From assembly GCA_023248035.1 (NCBI GenBank), contig JAHFFJ010000004.1, positions 12,048-54,163 on the forward strand: a stretch of DNA of 42,116 nucleotides, written 5' to 3'. Source of the stretch: Candidatus Micrarchaeota archaeon. GTDB taxonomy: Archaea > Micrarchaeota > Micrarchaeia > Anstonellales > Bilamarchaeaceae. Position numbers and translations under genes: made by a program. Each line of letters opens with the position of its first letter. Positions within the stretch are counted from its first letter, which is position 1. The notes under the pieces were generated by a model, which worked only from the letters and a program-made list of their open reading frames with translations, was not told where the DNA came from and searched no databases. This document shows positions 1-9,915 of this stretch, in pieces.

Positions 1-553
1 CCTTCTTATTTTGAAGAGGTTCATTTGCGAGCATTGTAGTTAATGGGGTTTTTAAGTATCTTTCAGATGCGCGTCCAAATACCCGGGGTTTGTCAAGTAC
101 TGAATCTACCATTCCTCTTGGGACATCTGATGCAACAGAACTACAAATAACAACATAAATGCCTGGCTGAGCTTTTCGCAGTTCACTTACAAATTTTTCA
201 ACTACTCTTTCATGTCCATAATGAAACATAATTATTGCAATATCTTTTCCTTGTGCAGTTTCTGCTCCAGTTGTTGCGTAGCTGGCTGCTGGTTGACTAA
301 AAACTGTTGCTCCTTTACACATTTTCCCGAGCTTTGCTACTATTTTATTCCCAATAACTTTATGTCCTTCATCTATTCCAACATGAGTCGCTACCGGCTT
401 ATAATTCGGAACATAATCACTCAGTATAAAAACAACGGCGCTACAATCTGTCAAATGCTTTGTGGTGGTGCGTGCAGGTTCAAAAACTCTACTAAGAAAA
501 TCCGCAGGTATTCTACTATCTGATCCCTTTCCGCCCATTCTATGCCCTGTCAT
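1..553 (-). CDS. Hypothetical protein, 3'-truncated by the window edge; paralog of 23960-24490
   Basis: Own minus-strand translation from ATG at 553-551 (MTGHRMGGKGSDSRIPADF...) is open to position 1. GAGGTGA lies 5 nt upstream. GKDIAIIMFHYGHERVVEKFVSELRKAQPGIYVVICSSVASDVPRGMVDSVLDKP aligns with [55 protein letters not shown] of ORF 23960-24490. Absent from the ORF track because it is partial. Confidence 0.6.
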   Translation of the reverse strand, partial: MTGHRMGGKGSDSRIPADFLSRVFEPARTTTKHLTDCSAVVFILSDYVPNYKPVATHVGIDEGHKVIGNKIVAKLGKMCKGATVFSQPAASYATTGAETAQGKDIAIIMFHYGHERVVEKFVSELRKAQPGIYVVICSSVASDVPRGMVDSVLDKPRVFGRASERYLKTPLTTMLANEPLQNKK

Positions 554-705
554 ATCTTCACCTCAATTCGTGTTAAAAATAGAAATAATGCGGACTTATT
601 AAAAATATATCTCCCGATTAGAATTTATTGTAAACAACATACCAAGAATACTGCCGACTCGAGCAGATGAATTGGCGCAAATCCTTTTTCTTTAACATTA
701 AAATC

Positions 706-790
706 TAGGCGCGAGCGGATGCGGGTTTCAGCCCGCAGATAGCGAGCGCATTTTAGTTTTCCGTGCGAGTCCTCAGGCGAGCGAACGGAA
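706..790 (+). repeat. GC-rich GCGAGC-repeat patch ending in a copy of the intron M module
   Basis: Four GCGAG(C) copies in about 80 nt plus hairpin gcggg-tttcag-cccgc. Positions 763-787, gtgcgagtcctcaggcgagcgaacg, match the M module gtgcgagccgata(a)ggcgagcg(a/t)ac found inside the tRNA introns at 9602-9626, 18722-18745 and 23129-23154. Confidence 0.45.
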
Positions 791-792
791 AA

Positions 793-2331
793 TTATTTTA
801 CAAGTTGATGGGCTTTCTTTATACCCTCCCAACTTTCCCCTTTTATGAGAGCATAAGCAACTTTTTTTATCCCAGCTATTTCAGTCCGTATTTGCTCACC
901 AGTATTCCTATACCGAATAGTAACCGTACCCTTCTCAAGTGTTTCATAATCTATTGTGATCGCTATAGGTATTCCTATTTCATCCGCTCTTGCATATCGC
1001 CTTCCAATACTTCCACTCTCACGATAATCAACGTCCAATCCTACAAGGCGTAATTCACTTACAACTTCTTTTGCTTTATTGTCAAGGCCATCTTTACTCA
1101 TAAGTGGGAAAACAGCGACATGGTAAGGTGCAATAATAGCAGGAAAATCGAACCACTCCCATTCCTTAGCGGTTCCGTGCTTCCAGTTTCCAGCTTCGTC
1201 TTTCTCATCTTTATCTCTAAAACAATGCTCAAGAATACAGAAAAACAGCCTATCCAATCCCATCGCTATCTCAAAAACATGGGGGACTATCTTTCTCCCA
1301 TCAACATGGACGCTAAAGTCCTTTCCGCTTTGTTTTGCATGTTGTGAAAGGTCAAAATCAGTACGGTAAGAATTTCCAATTGTTTCAATTGCACCATATG
1401 AAGTTTCAACTTCCATATCTATGTTCCCTTTGGAATAATGAGGTAATTCGTTCTGGTCAAGCACACGATAATACATCTTACTCGTATCCACACCCGCTCG
1501 CTTATAAAATTCCCATCCGCGAACAAGGTAATATGCCATTATCTCATTAGCAGTAACTTTTTCTTTCACAATCTCTCCACTAGTCATTTCTTTTTTTACC
1601 CCACCAATCATCATGGTCAGGCTTTGAGTAGATAAGCTATCAAAAATTTCATGCTTGTCCTTAAGAGGATCAAAAAAATATTCCAGTTCCATTTGCGTAA
1701 ATTCTCTCATTCTCACAAGGCCTTTTCTTGGTGAAATCTCATTTCTAAAACTTCTGCCCACCTGGCCTACTGCAAGAGGTAGCTTGGTGCCATGGTTCCT
1801 AAAAAGCCTGGGGAATGCTGTAAAAGTTCCCTGCGCAGTTTCCGGCCTTGAATATCCCGGAACCCTCTCCCCTCCGATTTGGGTTGCAAACATAAGGTTG
1901 AATTTGTATGCCTTTCCAAAACTCCCCTGGCATCTTGGGCAAACTATCTTTTGATCCGCTATTATCTGATCTAGTGTTTCGAGTTTGCCATCCCAGCGTC
2001 CACCCTGCTTTTCATAGTGTTTTTCTTCTGCTAGATGGTCTGCCCGGATGCGTGTCTTGCACTTTAAACATTCTACAACCGGATCAGAAAAATTTGCAAC
2101 ATGTCCTGATGCTATTAGTACTGGTTCAGGAGTTATAAGCGAACTTTGAATCTCCAAAAAGCCCTCATTTTTTATGAACATTTCACGCCAGAGATTCTCG
2201 ATCTTATGCTTTATCAAAACCCCTACCGGTCCATAATCGTAAAATCCGGCAATTCCACCATATGGTTCATTGCTCGGAAAGAAAAATGACCTTTTTAACG
2301 CTAGTTCAAATATTCTCTCGTGAAGTTGCAT
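793..2331 (-). CDS. glyS: Glycine--tRNA ligase, archaeal/eukaryal dimeric type
   Basis: 512-aa ORF. N-terminus FFFPSNEPYGGIAGFYDYGPVGVLIKHKIENLWREMFI and class II core (RNEISPRKGLVRMREFTQMELEYF) are typical of alpha2 GlyRS. Confidence 0.93.
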   Translation of the reverse strand: MQLHERIFELALKRSFFFPSNEPYGGIAGFYDYGPVGVLIKHKIENLWREMFIKNEGFLEIQSSLITPEPVLIASGHVANFSDPVVECLKCKTRIRADHLAEEKHYEKQGGRWDGKLETLDQIIADQKIVCPRCQGSFGKAYKFNLMFATQIGGERVPGYSRPETAQGTFTAFPRLFRNHGTKLPLAVGQVGRSFRNEISPRKGLVRMREFTQMELEYFFDPLKDKHEIFDSLSTQSLTMMIGGVKKEMTSGEIVKEKVTANEIMAYYLVRGWEFYKRAGVDTSKMYYRVLDQNELPHYSKGNIDMEVETSYGAIETIGNSYRTDFDLSQHAKQSGKDFSVHVDGRKIVPHVFEIAMGLDRLFFCILEHCFRDKDEKDEAGNWKHGTAKEWEWFDFPAIIAPYHVAVFPLMSKDGLDNKAKEVVSELRLVGLDVDYRESGSIGRRYARADEIGIPIAITIDYETLEKGTVTIRYRNTGEQIRTEIAGIKKVAYALIKGESWEGIKKAHQLVK

Positions 2332-2389
2332 ATTTTTGCTTTGTATGAGCGGTTTTAAATGAGTTTCCGAAGATAACTTTTGGTGTATA

Positions 2390-2809
2390 ATGGTGTATAA
2401 TATAGAGCTTGAAATTGTAAAAACTGCTCCAGATAACGAGCGTGCACGTTATTCTCTTGATATGGCTGATGGATTTCTATTTTCTGCAAAAGAGAAACTA
2501 TCGAACAAAGATTATGGTAGCTCTATTGAAGATGCCAGAAATGCCATCTGTCTGGCAAGTGCTGCTATCATGTTTAAGGATGGCTATATCTCTTCAACAT
2601 TTGAAGGTACCTTAAGTTATCTTTCTCAACATTACCCGGGGAAACTTCCTTTAGATGAATGGAACAAAGTAGAATTTACTATCATAAGTCGTGGGGGAGT
2701 TTATGATTTACTAAATACCATTGTAAAAAAAACCCGTGAGCAGCAATCGAAAAAGGCATTTGAAACCGCAAGTATTTTTGTCAATGTCACTAGGCAAATA
2801 TTAATCTGA
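2390..2809 (+). CDS. HEPN-domain-like small protein
   Basis: 139-aa ORF. The helical pattern ARYSLDMADGFLFSAKEKLSNKDYGSSIEDARNAICLASAAIMFKDGY resembles HEPN. No nucleotidyltransferase partner is adjacent. Confidence 0.45.
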   Translation: MVYNIELEIVKTAPDNERARYSLDMADGFLFSAKEKLSNKDYGSSIEDARNAICLASAAIMFKDGYISSTFEGTLSYLSQHYPGKLPLDEWNKVEFTIISRGGVYDLLNTIVKKTREQQSKKAFETASIFVNVTRQILI

Positions 2810-2899
2810 ATGAAGCGAACGAGCCTCAAGTAGATCCAGAGATTTTTAGAGTTTGAATTCCCACTATAATCTAGAGTAATTGGGGAAGAGGCAAACAGA

Positions 2900-3943
2900 T
2901 CAACGGACAAAAAAGAACAGCACTGCTATGATAAGGTACATTATCACAAGCTGTGCCCCTTCAAACCAATTACATCGTCCATCGGTTGAAATTTCGTTTA
3001 CTATAAGTACGCTTGCAAAGACTGCGATAACTTCAAAAGGCGTGAAAACCAGATCCATTCCCTTTCCCATTAGTGTACCTGCAATCACAGTAAGGGGTGC
3101 AACAAACATTGCTATCTGGAGGGATGACCCCACAGTGACATTGACACTCAAATCAAGATCGTTTTTAAGTGCGAAAAATACGGCTGCAAGATGCTCAGCT
3201 GCATTACCAACTACTGCTACTATTATTGCACCTATAAACAGTTCAGTAAGTCCAAAATTTTCAGCAACGTGCTCTATCTGACCAACGAAAACTTCGCTGA
3301 TAATTCCTAACAATATTGTAGAAACTACAAGTACGCCTATTGCAAAATTCCTACTCCATTGTGCCTTTTCACCATCTTCTTTTGTTCTAAAAAGATATTG
3401 GTGGGTTTTGAGAGAAAACACCATACTGAGCGTGTAAATCGAGATCATCAAAATTGATACGCAAAGGCTTAGTATGTGCTCATCCTCATTACGATGCTCT
3501 GCCGGCACAAAATGGAACAAACTCGGAATCATTATGCTCATGAAGGCAATTAGGAGCATAGTCGAATTCATACCTGCAAGATGGGTAGAAAATTTTTGCT
3601 CCTTAAATTTCAAACCTCCAAAAAACAGACTAAGTCCAAATACGAACAAGAGATTGCCTATTATACTTCCTGCAATTGAAGCCTTTACTAGTTCTATCAG
3701 GCCTTTATTTATGGCTAGGAGTGCAATTATCAATTCCGCAGCATTTCCAAATGTAGCATTTAGTAAGCCACCAATCTGCCCCCCATAAATTTTTGCAAGT
3801 TCTTCGGTAGCTTCCCCCATCTTTGCTGCTAATGGGAGAATTGCAAGTAGGGAAGATACAAAAATAACCGTGCTATCTGCCCCAACAAAATTTAGGACTA
3901 GGGTAATAGGAATGAAAATTAGCAAAATGTCCATTATTCGCAT
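2900..3943 (-). CDS. Ca2+/H+ antiporter (CaCA/CAX family)
   Basis: 347-aa polytopic ORF with both alpha-repeat signatures, GNAAELIIALLAINKG and GNAAEHLAAVFFALKNDLDLSV. Confidence 0.88.
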   Translation of the reverse strand: MRIMDILLIFIPITLVLNFVGADSTVIFVSSLLAILPLAAKMGEATEELAKIYGGQIGGLLNATFGNAAELIIALLAINKGLIELVKASIAGSIIGNLLFVFGLSLFFGGLKFKEQKFSTHLAGMNSTMLLIAFMSIMIPSLFHFVPAEHRNEDEHILSLCVSILMISIYTLSMVFSLKTHQYLFRTKEDGEKAQWSRNFAIGVLVVSTILLGIISEVFVGQIEHVAENFGLTELFIGAIIVAVVGNAAEHLAAVFFALKNDLDLSVNVTVGSSLQIAMFVAPLTVIAGTLMGKGMDLVFTPFEVIAVFASVLIVNEISTDGRCNWFEGAQLVIMYLIIAVLFFFVR

Positions 3944-4092
3944 GACTGTTTCTCCACTATTGAAATTAAATCAATTCCGATTACCCACAATCTCGTGCAA
4001 ATATTGATGCCCACAAAGAATAAGCATAAAAACAACAACCTATCACCATTTATAACCATTAAGCATCAAACCCTTATATCTCATGTGATTTC

Positions 4093-4821
4093 TTGACCTT
4101 GGAGCAAAACCAAATTACTCATCTTTTTATCTGGGTGCACCCCGTATGGTTCCCAGTACTTGATAGTCGTCTTAGCGAATGGAAAGCGTTTATCGAACTT
4201 CTAGCCTATGAACCACATATAGGGCTTGTGGAAACGCGGGGGCTTGGACCGGGTGGTCTATCCAGGTTACTTGGGCTAGTAGCCAAAAACCGTCCCAACG
4301 AATATGAATCTGAACGGAAGCATCTCTGCTCATTAGATACGATAGAAATGCTTGCAGAATGCATTCTTGGAGACAGATACCTGCTTTGGCCGAACCCGCA
4401 GGAGAATGGTATTGGGAATGGTTTTGTAGTCGGAAGCAATAGCGACCATTTCCGGCTTCTTGCCGAAAGGTTTAATATAGATGAAAGATGGCAGCAAAAC
4501 TCGATAACTTCCGAGAAGAAACTATTTTCGCAGATAGCTGTTTACGGCCTCAAACCCGAAGTATGTGTCTACCACCAAGCGTGGAACATGGATCTGCACC
4601 GACTCTCATCCAGAATAGTATCATTGGGCATATCGCCCTTAGGCTGCATTGGAAGAGATTATGGAATCCCATCTTCGAAGGAAACGTTATCATTCATGTC
4701 TTCCCGACCAGAAATTTTCAGAAGAGATGAAATTGAACGCGGTCGCGAATACTTAACGTGGCTCGGCAAACATCCCTGGGAAAAACCACTCCATCGCCCT
4801 AAGCGGATTGCTTCACGCTAA
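4093..4821 (+). CDS. Hypothetical protein
   Basis: 242-aa ORF (TTG start) filling an otherwise empty interval. No motif recognised. It looks more GC-rich than its neighbours by eye. Confidence 0.45.
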   Translation: MTLEQNQITHLFIWVHPVWFPVLDSRLSEWKAFIELLAYEPHIGLVETRGLGPGGLSRLLGLVAKNRPNEYESERKHLCSLDTIEMLAECILGDRYLLWPNPQENGIGNGFVVGSNSDHFRLLAERFNIDERWQQNSITSEKKLFSQIAVYGLKPEVCVYHQAWNMDLHRLSSRIVSLGISPLGCIGRDYGIPSSKETLSFMSSRPEIFRRDEIERGREYLTWLGKHPWEKPLHRPKRIASR

Positions 4822-4869
4822 AGTACCACTGCGTCCGAAAGAGGTTAAAACTCTACCAACAGTTACTCT

Positions 4870-7662
4870 TTGGGATTTGAAATGGACGTTGACAAAAACT
4901 TACTTAGAAAACAGTTTGGTGCAGAATGGGAAAAGCACTACAAACTTAAAGTCCTGATCGATCGAGGCTTCAAAAGGCAAAAATGTTCCAAATGTTCGCG
5001 CATGTTTTGGGCCAAAGATGGCAGATCGAATGTGGATAAACCTACTTTGTGTGGTGATCCGTCATGCATCGGTTATCAGTTCATAGGCAATACTCCTGTA
5101 AAAAAGAAACTTGGCTATATAGAAACCTGGAAAGAAATTGAAAAATACTTTACAAAAAACGGTCATGGCTATATCAAACCCTATCCAACAGTTGCAAGGT
5201 GGCGGGATGACCTTTACTTTACTATAGCATCGATAAATGATTTCCAGCCCTATGTTGTAAATGGCGAACTAGATCCGCCTGCAAATCCGCTTATTGTTCC
5301 TCAACCATGCATCCGTTTTTCAGATATAAGCAATGTAGGTGTGAGCGGCAGGCACTACACGAATTTCGTCATGGTTGGCCAGCATGCATTTAATACAAAA
5401 AAGAGTGGCCTTTTCTACTGGAAAGAGCAGGCGCTTGAACACGATCTTAATTATCTAAAAGCCCTTGGAATTCCTGAAGATGAAATCATTTTCCAGGAAG
5501 ATGTCTGGGCAGGCGGAGGGAATTTCGGTCCATGCATAGAATATTTCTGTCGGGGTTTAGAGCTTGGTAACTGCGTTTTTATGCAATACGAAACCACCCC
5601 TCCAAATACCAATACTGTTGGTGGAGTTCACTATCGCGAGCTTAATACTAAAGTTATAGATATGGGTGCAGGTCTAAGCAGGCTGGCATGGATCACTTCA
5701 GGCGAACCAACCAGTTACGAAACTGTTTTTGGTCCTGTAATCGACAAGATGAAGAAAAAAGCCGGTGTTTCCATTGACAAGGATCTTTTTGTAAGATTTG
5801 CTAAAATCTCAGGAAGTCTAAATGAAGATGAAGTTCCTGATCTGGAAAAAGAGAAAGAGCGTATCGCTCAAGTTTTGGGTGTAACTAAACGTGAACTTTT
5901 CGATACTCTCGAACCCCTACAGGCTCTTTATGCATCTGCCGATCATTTATGCACCCTCCTCTTTACGGTCACTGATGGTATGCTCCCAAGCAACTCAGGT
6001 GGTGGCTATAATCTTCGGCTCATATTAAGGAGGGTGTTTGGTTTCCAGCAGCGATTTGGTTATGATCTTGATTATTCTGAAATAATGCATGGTCATGCCG
6101 ATTTTCTCGAATATATATTTCCTCATCTTCAAAACGGGGTTGATACTTCACTTGCAGTAATCGAAGAAGAAGCGAAACGCTACCGTGCGACAAAGGAAAA
6201 AGCAACCGGCATGGTTCTAAATATAGTGAAGAAAGCTAAAGGAGCAAGCGCAGGAAAAAACGCAATCCCCAGCAAGGAACTCATAACTCTCTACAAGAGC
6301 CATGGTATTCCACCCGAAGCAATTCAGGAAGTTGCAGCTGAAAACGATGTCGAAGTTGAAATGCCCGGAAATTTCTATAGCCTGGTAAAGGAAAAAGAGG
6401 AGAATCTAAGTCCATCTGAAGACGAAACCAAGCTCGCAAAAATAAGGAATTACACCTCAGATATGAAGAAAACTCTTCTTCTCTATTATAAGGAAGAAAA
6501 CTACCAAAAAGGAGATTTTACTGCCAAAGTGATCCATGTTGATGATAGCACTGGTTTCATTGTTCTTGACCAGACCCTTTTCTATCCTGAGGGTGGCGGT
6601 CAGGTATCTGATAATGGAACTATTGACGGGCATACTGTTGATTCCGTAATAAAAAATTCGGGAATAGTTTTGCATCACGTTGGAAAGGAAGCGATAAAGA
6701 AATTCAAGATTGGTCAGAATGTAAAAGGAGCAGTTAATCTTGCCCGCCGTAAAATTATCTCCCGCCATCACACTGGTGCACATCTGCTCAATGCCGCTTG
6801 TCGTGAGGTTTTAGGACCACATATCTGGCAGGGAGGTTCAAACAAGTCCGAGGAAAAAGCCCACCTTGATGTTACCCACTATCGAAAAATCTCAAACGAT
6901 GAACTTGCACGAATTGAGCAAAAAGTAAATGAATACATCATGGCAAATCTTCCAGTTGTTACTGAAACTCTTGTGCGTAACGAAGCAGAAGCACGTTATG
7001 GGTTTACTATCTACCAGGGAGGAGCGGTGCCAGGAAAAGAGCTGCGTATCGTGAGTATTGGCGAGCCGAAGAAGGAAGTTGATTCTGAGGCATGTGGTGG
7101 AACGCACGGCATGCACAGTCACACTGGCGAACTTGGCTGTTTCAAAATTGTTCGTCGCGAAAGCGTGCAAGATGGGATCGAACGTATAACCTACAAATGC
7201 GGTTCAGTTGCAATAGCCTATATGCAGGAACGCGAGCAATTGCTTCATGAAGCTGCTGGTGTGGTGAGTGTTTCCGAAAATGAGCTCAAACCTACTGTTG
7301 AAAGATTCTTTAACGAATGGAAATCCCAACGCAAGAAAATTGAAGAACTAAGCGAGCTTCTTGTAACCGAAGAGGCAAAAGATTTACTCTCTTCATATTC
7401 CGGAGTGCCTGTAATGAAGATGCTTGATCTGGATGAACCTTCACTCAAGAAACTCGCACTAAAAGTTGCTGAAAGTGATGGAGTTGCATGCTGTCTTCTC
7501 AACAAATCAGGAAATCTAATTTGTGCTGCAGGCAAAAATTCCGGACAAAAAGCAAAAGCAATGCTTGATAGAGTTCTTAGTGAGCTTGGCGGTTCAGGTG
7601 GTGGAAGTGACAGAATTGCACAAGGGAAGGCAAAGACAATAAAAATAGTAAAATTTAGCTGA
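4870..7662 (+). CDS. alaS: Alanine--tRNA ligase (archaeal type)
   Basis: 930-aa ORF with an archaeal AlaRS N-terminal catalytic region, editing-domain HxxxH (SRHHTGAHLLN) and CGGTH motifs, and a C-terminal DHHA1-like end. The likely true start is ATG 4882 (MDVDKNL). Confidence 0.94.
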   Translation: MGFEMDVDKNLLRKQFGAEWEKHYKLKVLIDRGFKRQKCSKCSRMFWAKDGRSNVDKPTLCGDPSCIGYQFIGNTPVKKKLGYIETWKEIEKYFTKNGHGYIKPYPTVARWRDDLYFTIASINDFQPYVVNGELDPPANPLIVPQPCIRFSDISNVGVSGRHYTNFVMVGQHAFNTKKSGLFYWKEQALEHDLNYLKALGIPEDEIIFQEDVWAGGGNFGPCIEYFCRGLELGNCVFMQYETTPPNTNTVGGVHYRELNTKVIDMGAGLSRLAWITSGEPTSYETVFGPVIDKMKKKAGVSIDKDLFVRFAKISGSLNEDEVPDLEKEKERIAQVLGVTKRELFDTLEPLQALYASADHLCTLLFTVTDGMLPSNSGGGYNLRLILRRVFGFQQRFGYDLDYSEIMHGHADFLEYIFPHLQNGVDTSLAVIEEEAKRYRATKEKATGMVLNIVKKAKGASAGKNAIPSKELITLYKSHGIPPEAIQEVAAENDVEVEMPGNFYSLVKEKEENLSPSEDETKLAKIRNYTSDMKKTLLLYYKEENYQKGDFTAKVIHVDDSTGFIVLDQTLFYPEGGGQVSDNGTIDGHTVDSVIKNSGIVLHHVGKEAIKKFKIGQNVKGAVNLARRKIISRHHTGAHLLNAACREVLGPHIWQGGSNKSEEKAHLDVTHYRKISNDELARIEQKVNEYIMANLPVVTETLVRNEAEARYGFTIYQGGAVPGKELRIVSIGEPKKEVDSEACGGTHGMHSHTGELGCFKIVRRESVQDGIERITYKCGSVAIAYMQEREQLLHEAAGVVSVSENELKPTVERFFNEWKSQRKKIEELSELLVTEEAKDLLSSYSGVPVMKMLDLDEPSLKKLALKVAESDGVACCLLNKSGNLICAAGKNSGQKAKAMLDRVLSELGGSGGGSDRIAQGKAKTIKIVKFS

Positions 7663-7984
7663 CTTGCGGTACTGTTTTATTATGTGTTGGTGCTGTTTTT
7701 TCAATCAGTTCAAGTTCAAGTTCCTTTATTTTTTTCACAATCGGACTTTTTTCATTAATCTTATATAATTTTGTCTTGCCAAACGAACGTGTAGGTACGA
7801 CAATTTCAAGTTCAACTATGTTCTCCCAATATTTGTAAAAGGTTGCCTTTGCAAGCTCTGTCCCATCTATTATTTGTTTTTTCGAATAGTCAAATAGCCT
7901 GTTTTCAAGAAGGAAATCAATTATTCTAAGAATGGGTGTATCCCCAAAATATTCTATCAGTACTGATTTCTCATCCTCTTTCAT
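7655..7984 (-). CDS. Winged-helix DNA-binding protein
   Basis: 109-aa ORF. TPILRIIDFLLENRLFDYSKKQIIDGTELAKATFYKYWENIVELEIVVPT is wHTH-like. It is divergent from 8039-8311 across an AT-rich promoter region (tttataaatata). Confidence 0.6.
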   Translation of the reverse strand: MKEDEKSVLIEYFGDTPILRIIDFLLENRLFDYSKKQIIDGTELAKATFYKYWENIVELEIVVPTRSFGKTKLYKINEKSPIVKKIKELELELIEKTAPTHNKTVPQVS

Positions 7985-8038
7985 ATAGTGGTTTACGATT
8001 CGATTATTTATAAATATATACTTTGAAAGGTAAACTCA

Positions 8039-8311
8039 GTGAACTTTATGGTATCAGATTTTGAACTCAAGGCTATGATACTACATAAACTTGCAAAAAA
8101 ACGAAAGTGGGGTGAAAGTCATACTGCATTTGAGAATGTGGCAAAAGGCGTTCCATCACATTTCAGAGGTCGTTTAAAAGAGCTAGCCCAAGAGCTAATC
8201 AAAGAAGGTTTTATAATTCCAAAACCAACAAGTTACGGTTTACAGATTTCACTTAATGTTGCCAGAGCGGATGACATAAAAGATAGGATAAGACACTATT
8301 TTGCAGACTAG
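8039..8311 (+). CDS. Small putative wHTH protein
   Basis: 90-aa ORF (ILHKLAKKRKWGESHTAFENVAKGV...LIKEGFIIPKP), divergently arranged with 7655-7984. Confidence 0.45.
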   Translation: MNFMVSDFELKAMILHKLAKKRKWGESHTAFENVAKGVPSHFRGRLKELAQELIKEGFIIPKPTSYGLQISLNVARADDIKDRIRHYFAD

Positions 8312-8318
8312 ATGCCAT

Positions 8319-9044
8319 CTAATCTTTAAACATCATCCTTGGTTTTGCAAGGAATGCAAATTTTTCCGGTTCAGCTAAGAATTCAGTAATAATATCCTTG
8401 CACGAAAACCCATACCTGCGATTAAGTTCATTTGCAGAGAGCTGCTCGGTTTTTCTCACTATGTAATTGGTATTGTGTGCAAGTTCCCCGCCTTTCAGGT
8501 AATAATACGGGGCACCTTTGTTATCTTCATATTCATCATATACTGATTCAAATTTATCGTATACTAAATTTGCAAGTACTAGATCGCCTTCAGCGTTGTT
8601 TATAGAAACATGACCATACCCAGGCGGAAGAATTATTGTGTTTCCTTTTTTTGCATGGACTATTATTACTTCTACACTTTCATCCTGCTGTTTTTTCTGA
8701 AGTATAAAAACTACACTTCCTTCAAGTACCTGGTAAACTTCAGGATAACAAAGTCCATCCTCGCTTTTGGGGTGATAATGGCCATAAGTTTTTGCACACT
8801 CACCAGAAATTTCTACTGCCGGGATGACAGTAATGTCAAAGCGCATATCATTTTTGTTGTACACATCTCGGTACATATAATATACCTCTAGATTAGCTGC
8901 ACCCTCAGTATATCTCATAAGGGTTTTTTTCATCTGACCCAGAAGTCGGACTGATTTTGAATGCTGTTTTCCTTCCACAAAAAGATTGCAACCTACAAGC
9001 TCTATGTGGATTGGTTTTTCATATAGGACTATGTCCATTCTCAA
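8319..9044 (-). CDS. pgiA: Cupin-type glucose-6-phosphate isomerase (archaeal cPGI family)
   Basis: The motifs TYGHYHP, PEVYQVLEGSVVFILQ and IILPPGYGHVSINNAEGDLVLANLVY are colinear with the Pyrococcus-type cupin PGI motifs TKGHFH, EVYVALKG..MLLQ and VYVPPYWAHRTVN. Confidence 0.72.
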   Translation of the reverse strand: MRMDIVLYEKPIHIELVGCNLFVEGKQHSKSVRLLGQMKKTLMRYTEGAANLEVYYMYRDVYNKNDMRFDITVIPAVEISGECAKTYGHYHPKSEDGLCYPEVYQVLEGSVVFILQKKQQDESVEVIIVHAKKGNTIILPPGYGHVSINNAEGDLVLANLVYDKFESVYDEYEDNKGAPYYYLKGGELAHNTNYIVRKTEQLSANELNRRYGFSCKDIITEFLAEPEKFAFLAKPRMMFKD

Positions 9045-9423
9045 CTACACCTTTCATTTTTTTGAATTCTGAAATCATTGCTAGTGGCTTCTTTACAATT
9101 ATCTTCTGCTTCTGGAATTTATAAAACAATAGTTTAAGGAATATCAGGAACTCCCTTTTTTTAATGCCCCTGCTATCAAATTCTTTTTGGAGCTTTTCTA
9201 TAGTCTTAAATGATGCTATAAAAAACGAAAGCTGTATGGTACTATCTCCGTTCCAGGTTTTTAATTCTTGATACATGAGCATTCGAACGAGGCCAAGTTT
9301 TGCACGAAGTCTTTTTGATGCTGCATCTTCTCCTTCAACACCAGAGCTGACAAGTTTTAGTGCATGAGCTAAGTGCTCCCACTCGGCATTTGCAAGAGTA
9401 TCTCTAATGTTGCTATTATTCAT
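9019..9423 (-). CDS. Hypothetical protein
   Basis: 134-aa ORF upstream of pgiA and overlapping it by 26 nt. No motif recognised. Confidence 0.4.
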   Translation of the reverse strand: MNNSNIRDTLANAEWEHLAHALKLVSSGVEGEDAASKRLRAKLGLVRMLMYQELKTWNGDSTIQLSFFIASFKTIEKLQKEFDSRGIKKREFLIFLKLLFYKFQKQKIIVKKPLAMISEFKKMKGVVENGHSPI

Positions 9424-9544
9424 CCACTTTACAATAAAGTGAAATTTTCTTAAATCCGACCATAAAAAAAGCCATTTTTTCTGTTTTATCTACATAGAAA
9501 TAGTCAATCTAACATTTCAAAATGAAAAATAGCCCCGGGCAGAT

Positions 9545-9760
9545 TCTCGAGCTTTTGGAAAAAGCTCGACCAAAACGGTCTGCTAATTTTTGCTTTTTTC
9601 TGTACGCTCGCCTTATCGGCTCGCACAGAACTGATAACAAAAATGGTTTACTAAAGTTCAGTAATTTTCCGATAAGGAAAATTCAACTGAACAAAAACCA
9701 AAAACCCGAAAAGGGTTTTCAACAGAAAGTTTTGATCAAAACTTTTTCTAAAAGTTTTGT
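9545..9760 (-). other. tRNA-Gln intron 2, inside the T-loop (~216 nt), full-length modular element
   Basis: It separates GGCAGTTCGA from ATCTGCC; the junction is ambiguous within GAA. It contains H1 (9738-9758), H2 (about 9700-9720), H3 (9656-9692), M (9602-9626), ccaaaacggtctgctaat (9570-9587) and H4 (9547-9569). Confidence 0.7.
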
Positions 9761-9803
9761 TCGAACTGCCGTCAAGAGGTCCAGAACCTCCTATCCTTGA
9801 CCA

Positions 9804-9915
9804 AAGTCTGCACTTTTTTAGGAAAAAAGTGCACAAAAAACTGGTTTGTTATCAGTCAAAAACCCGAAGGGGGTTTCAACACCAATTTTTGATCCAACTT
9901 TTTTTGAAAAAGTTG
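9804..9915 (-). other. tRNA-Gln intron 1, inside the D-loop (~112 nt)
   Basis: It separates GTCTAGCC from TGGTCAAGGAT. It contains hairpins ccaac..gttgg (9894-9916) and gcac..gtgc (9810-9832) and an H2 copy (about 9858-9878). Confidence 0.7.

Noticed and set aside
212-523. 103-aa plus-strand ORF
   Set aside because: It is Cys/Phe-rich low-complexity sequence antisense to a better minus-strand frame that has an SD-like site and a paralog in the window.
9522-9800. 92-aa track ORF (also 74 aa at 20989-21213, and 61 aa at 9651-9836)
   Set aside because: These lie entirely within or antisense to tRNA exons and introns. The shared peptide KGFQQKVLI is just the translated H2/flank repeat. They are spurious.
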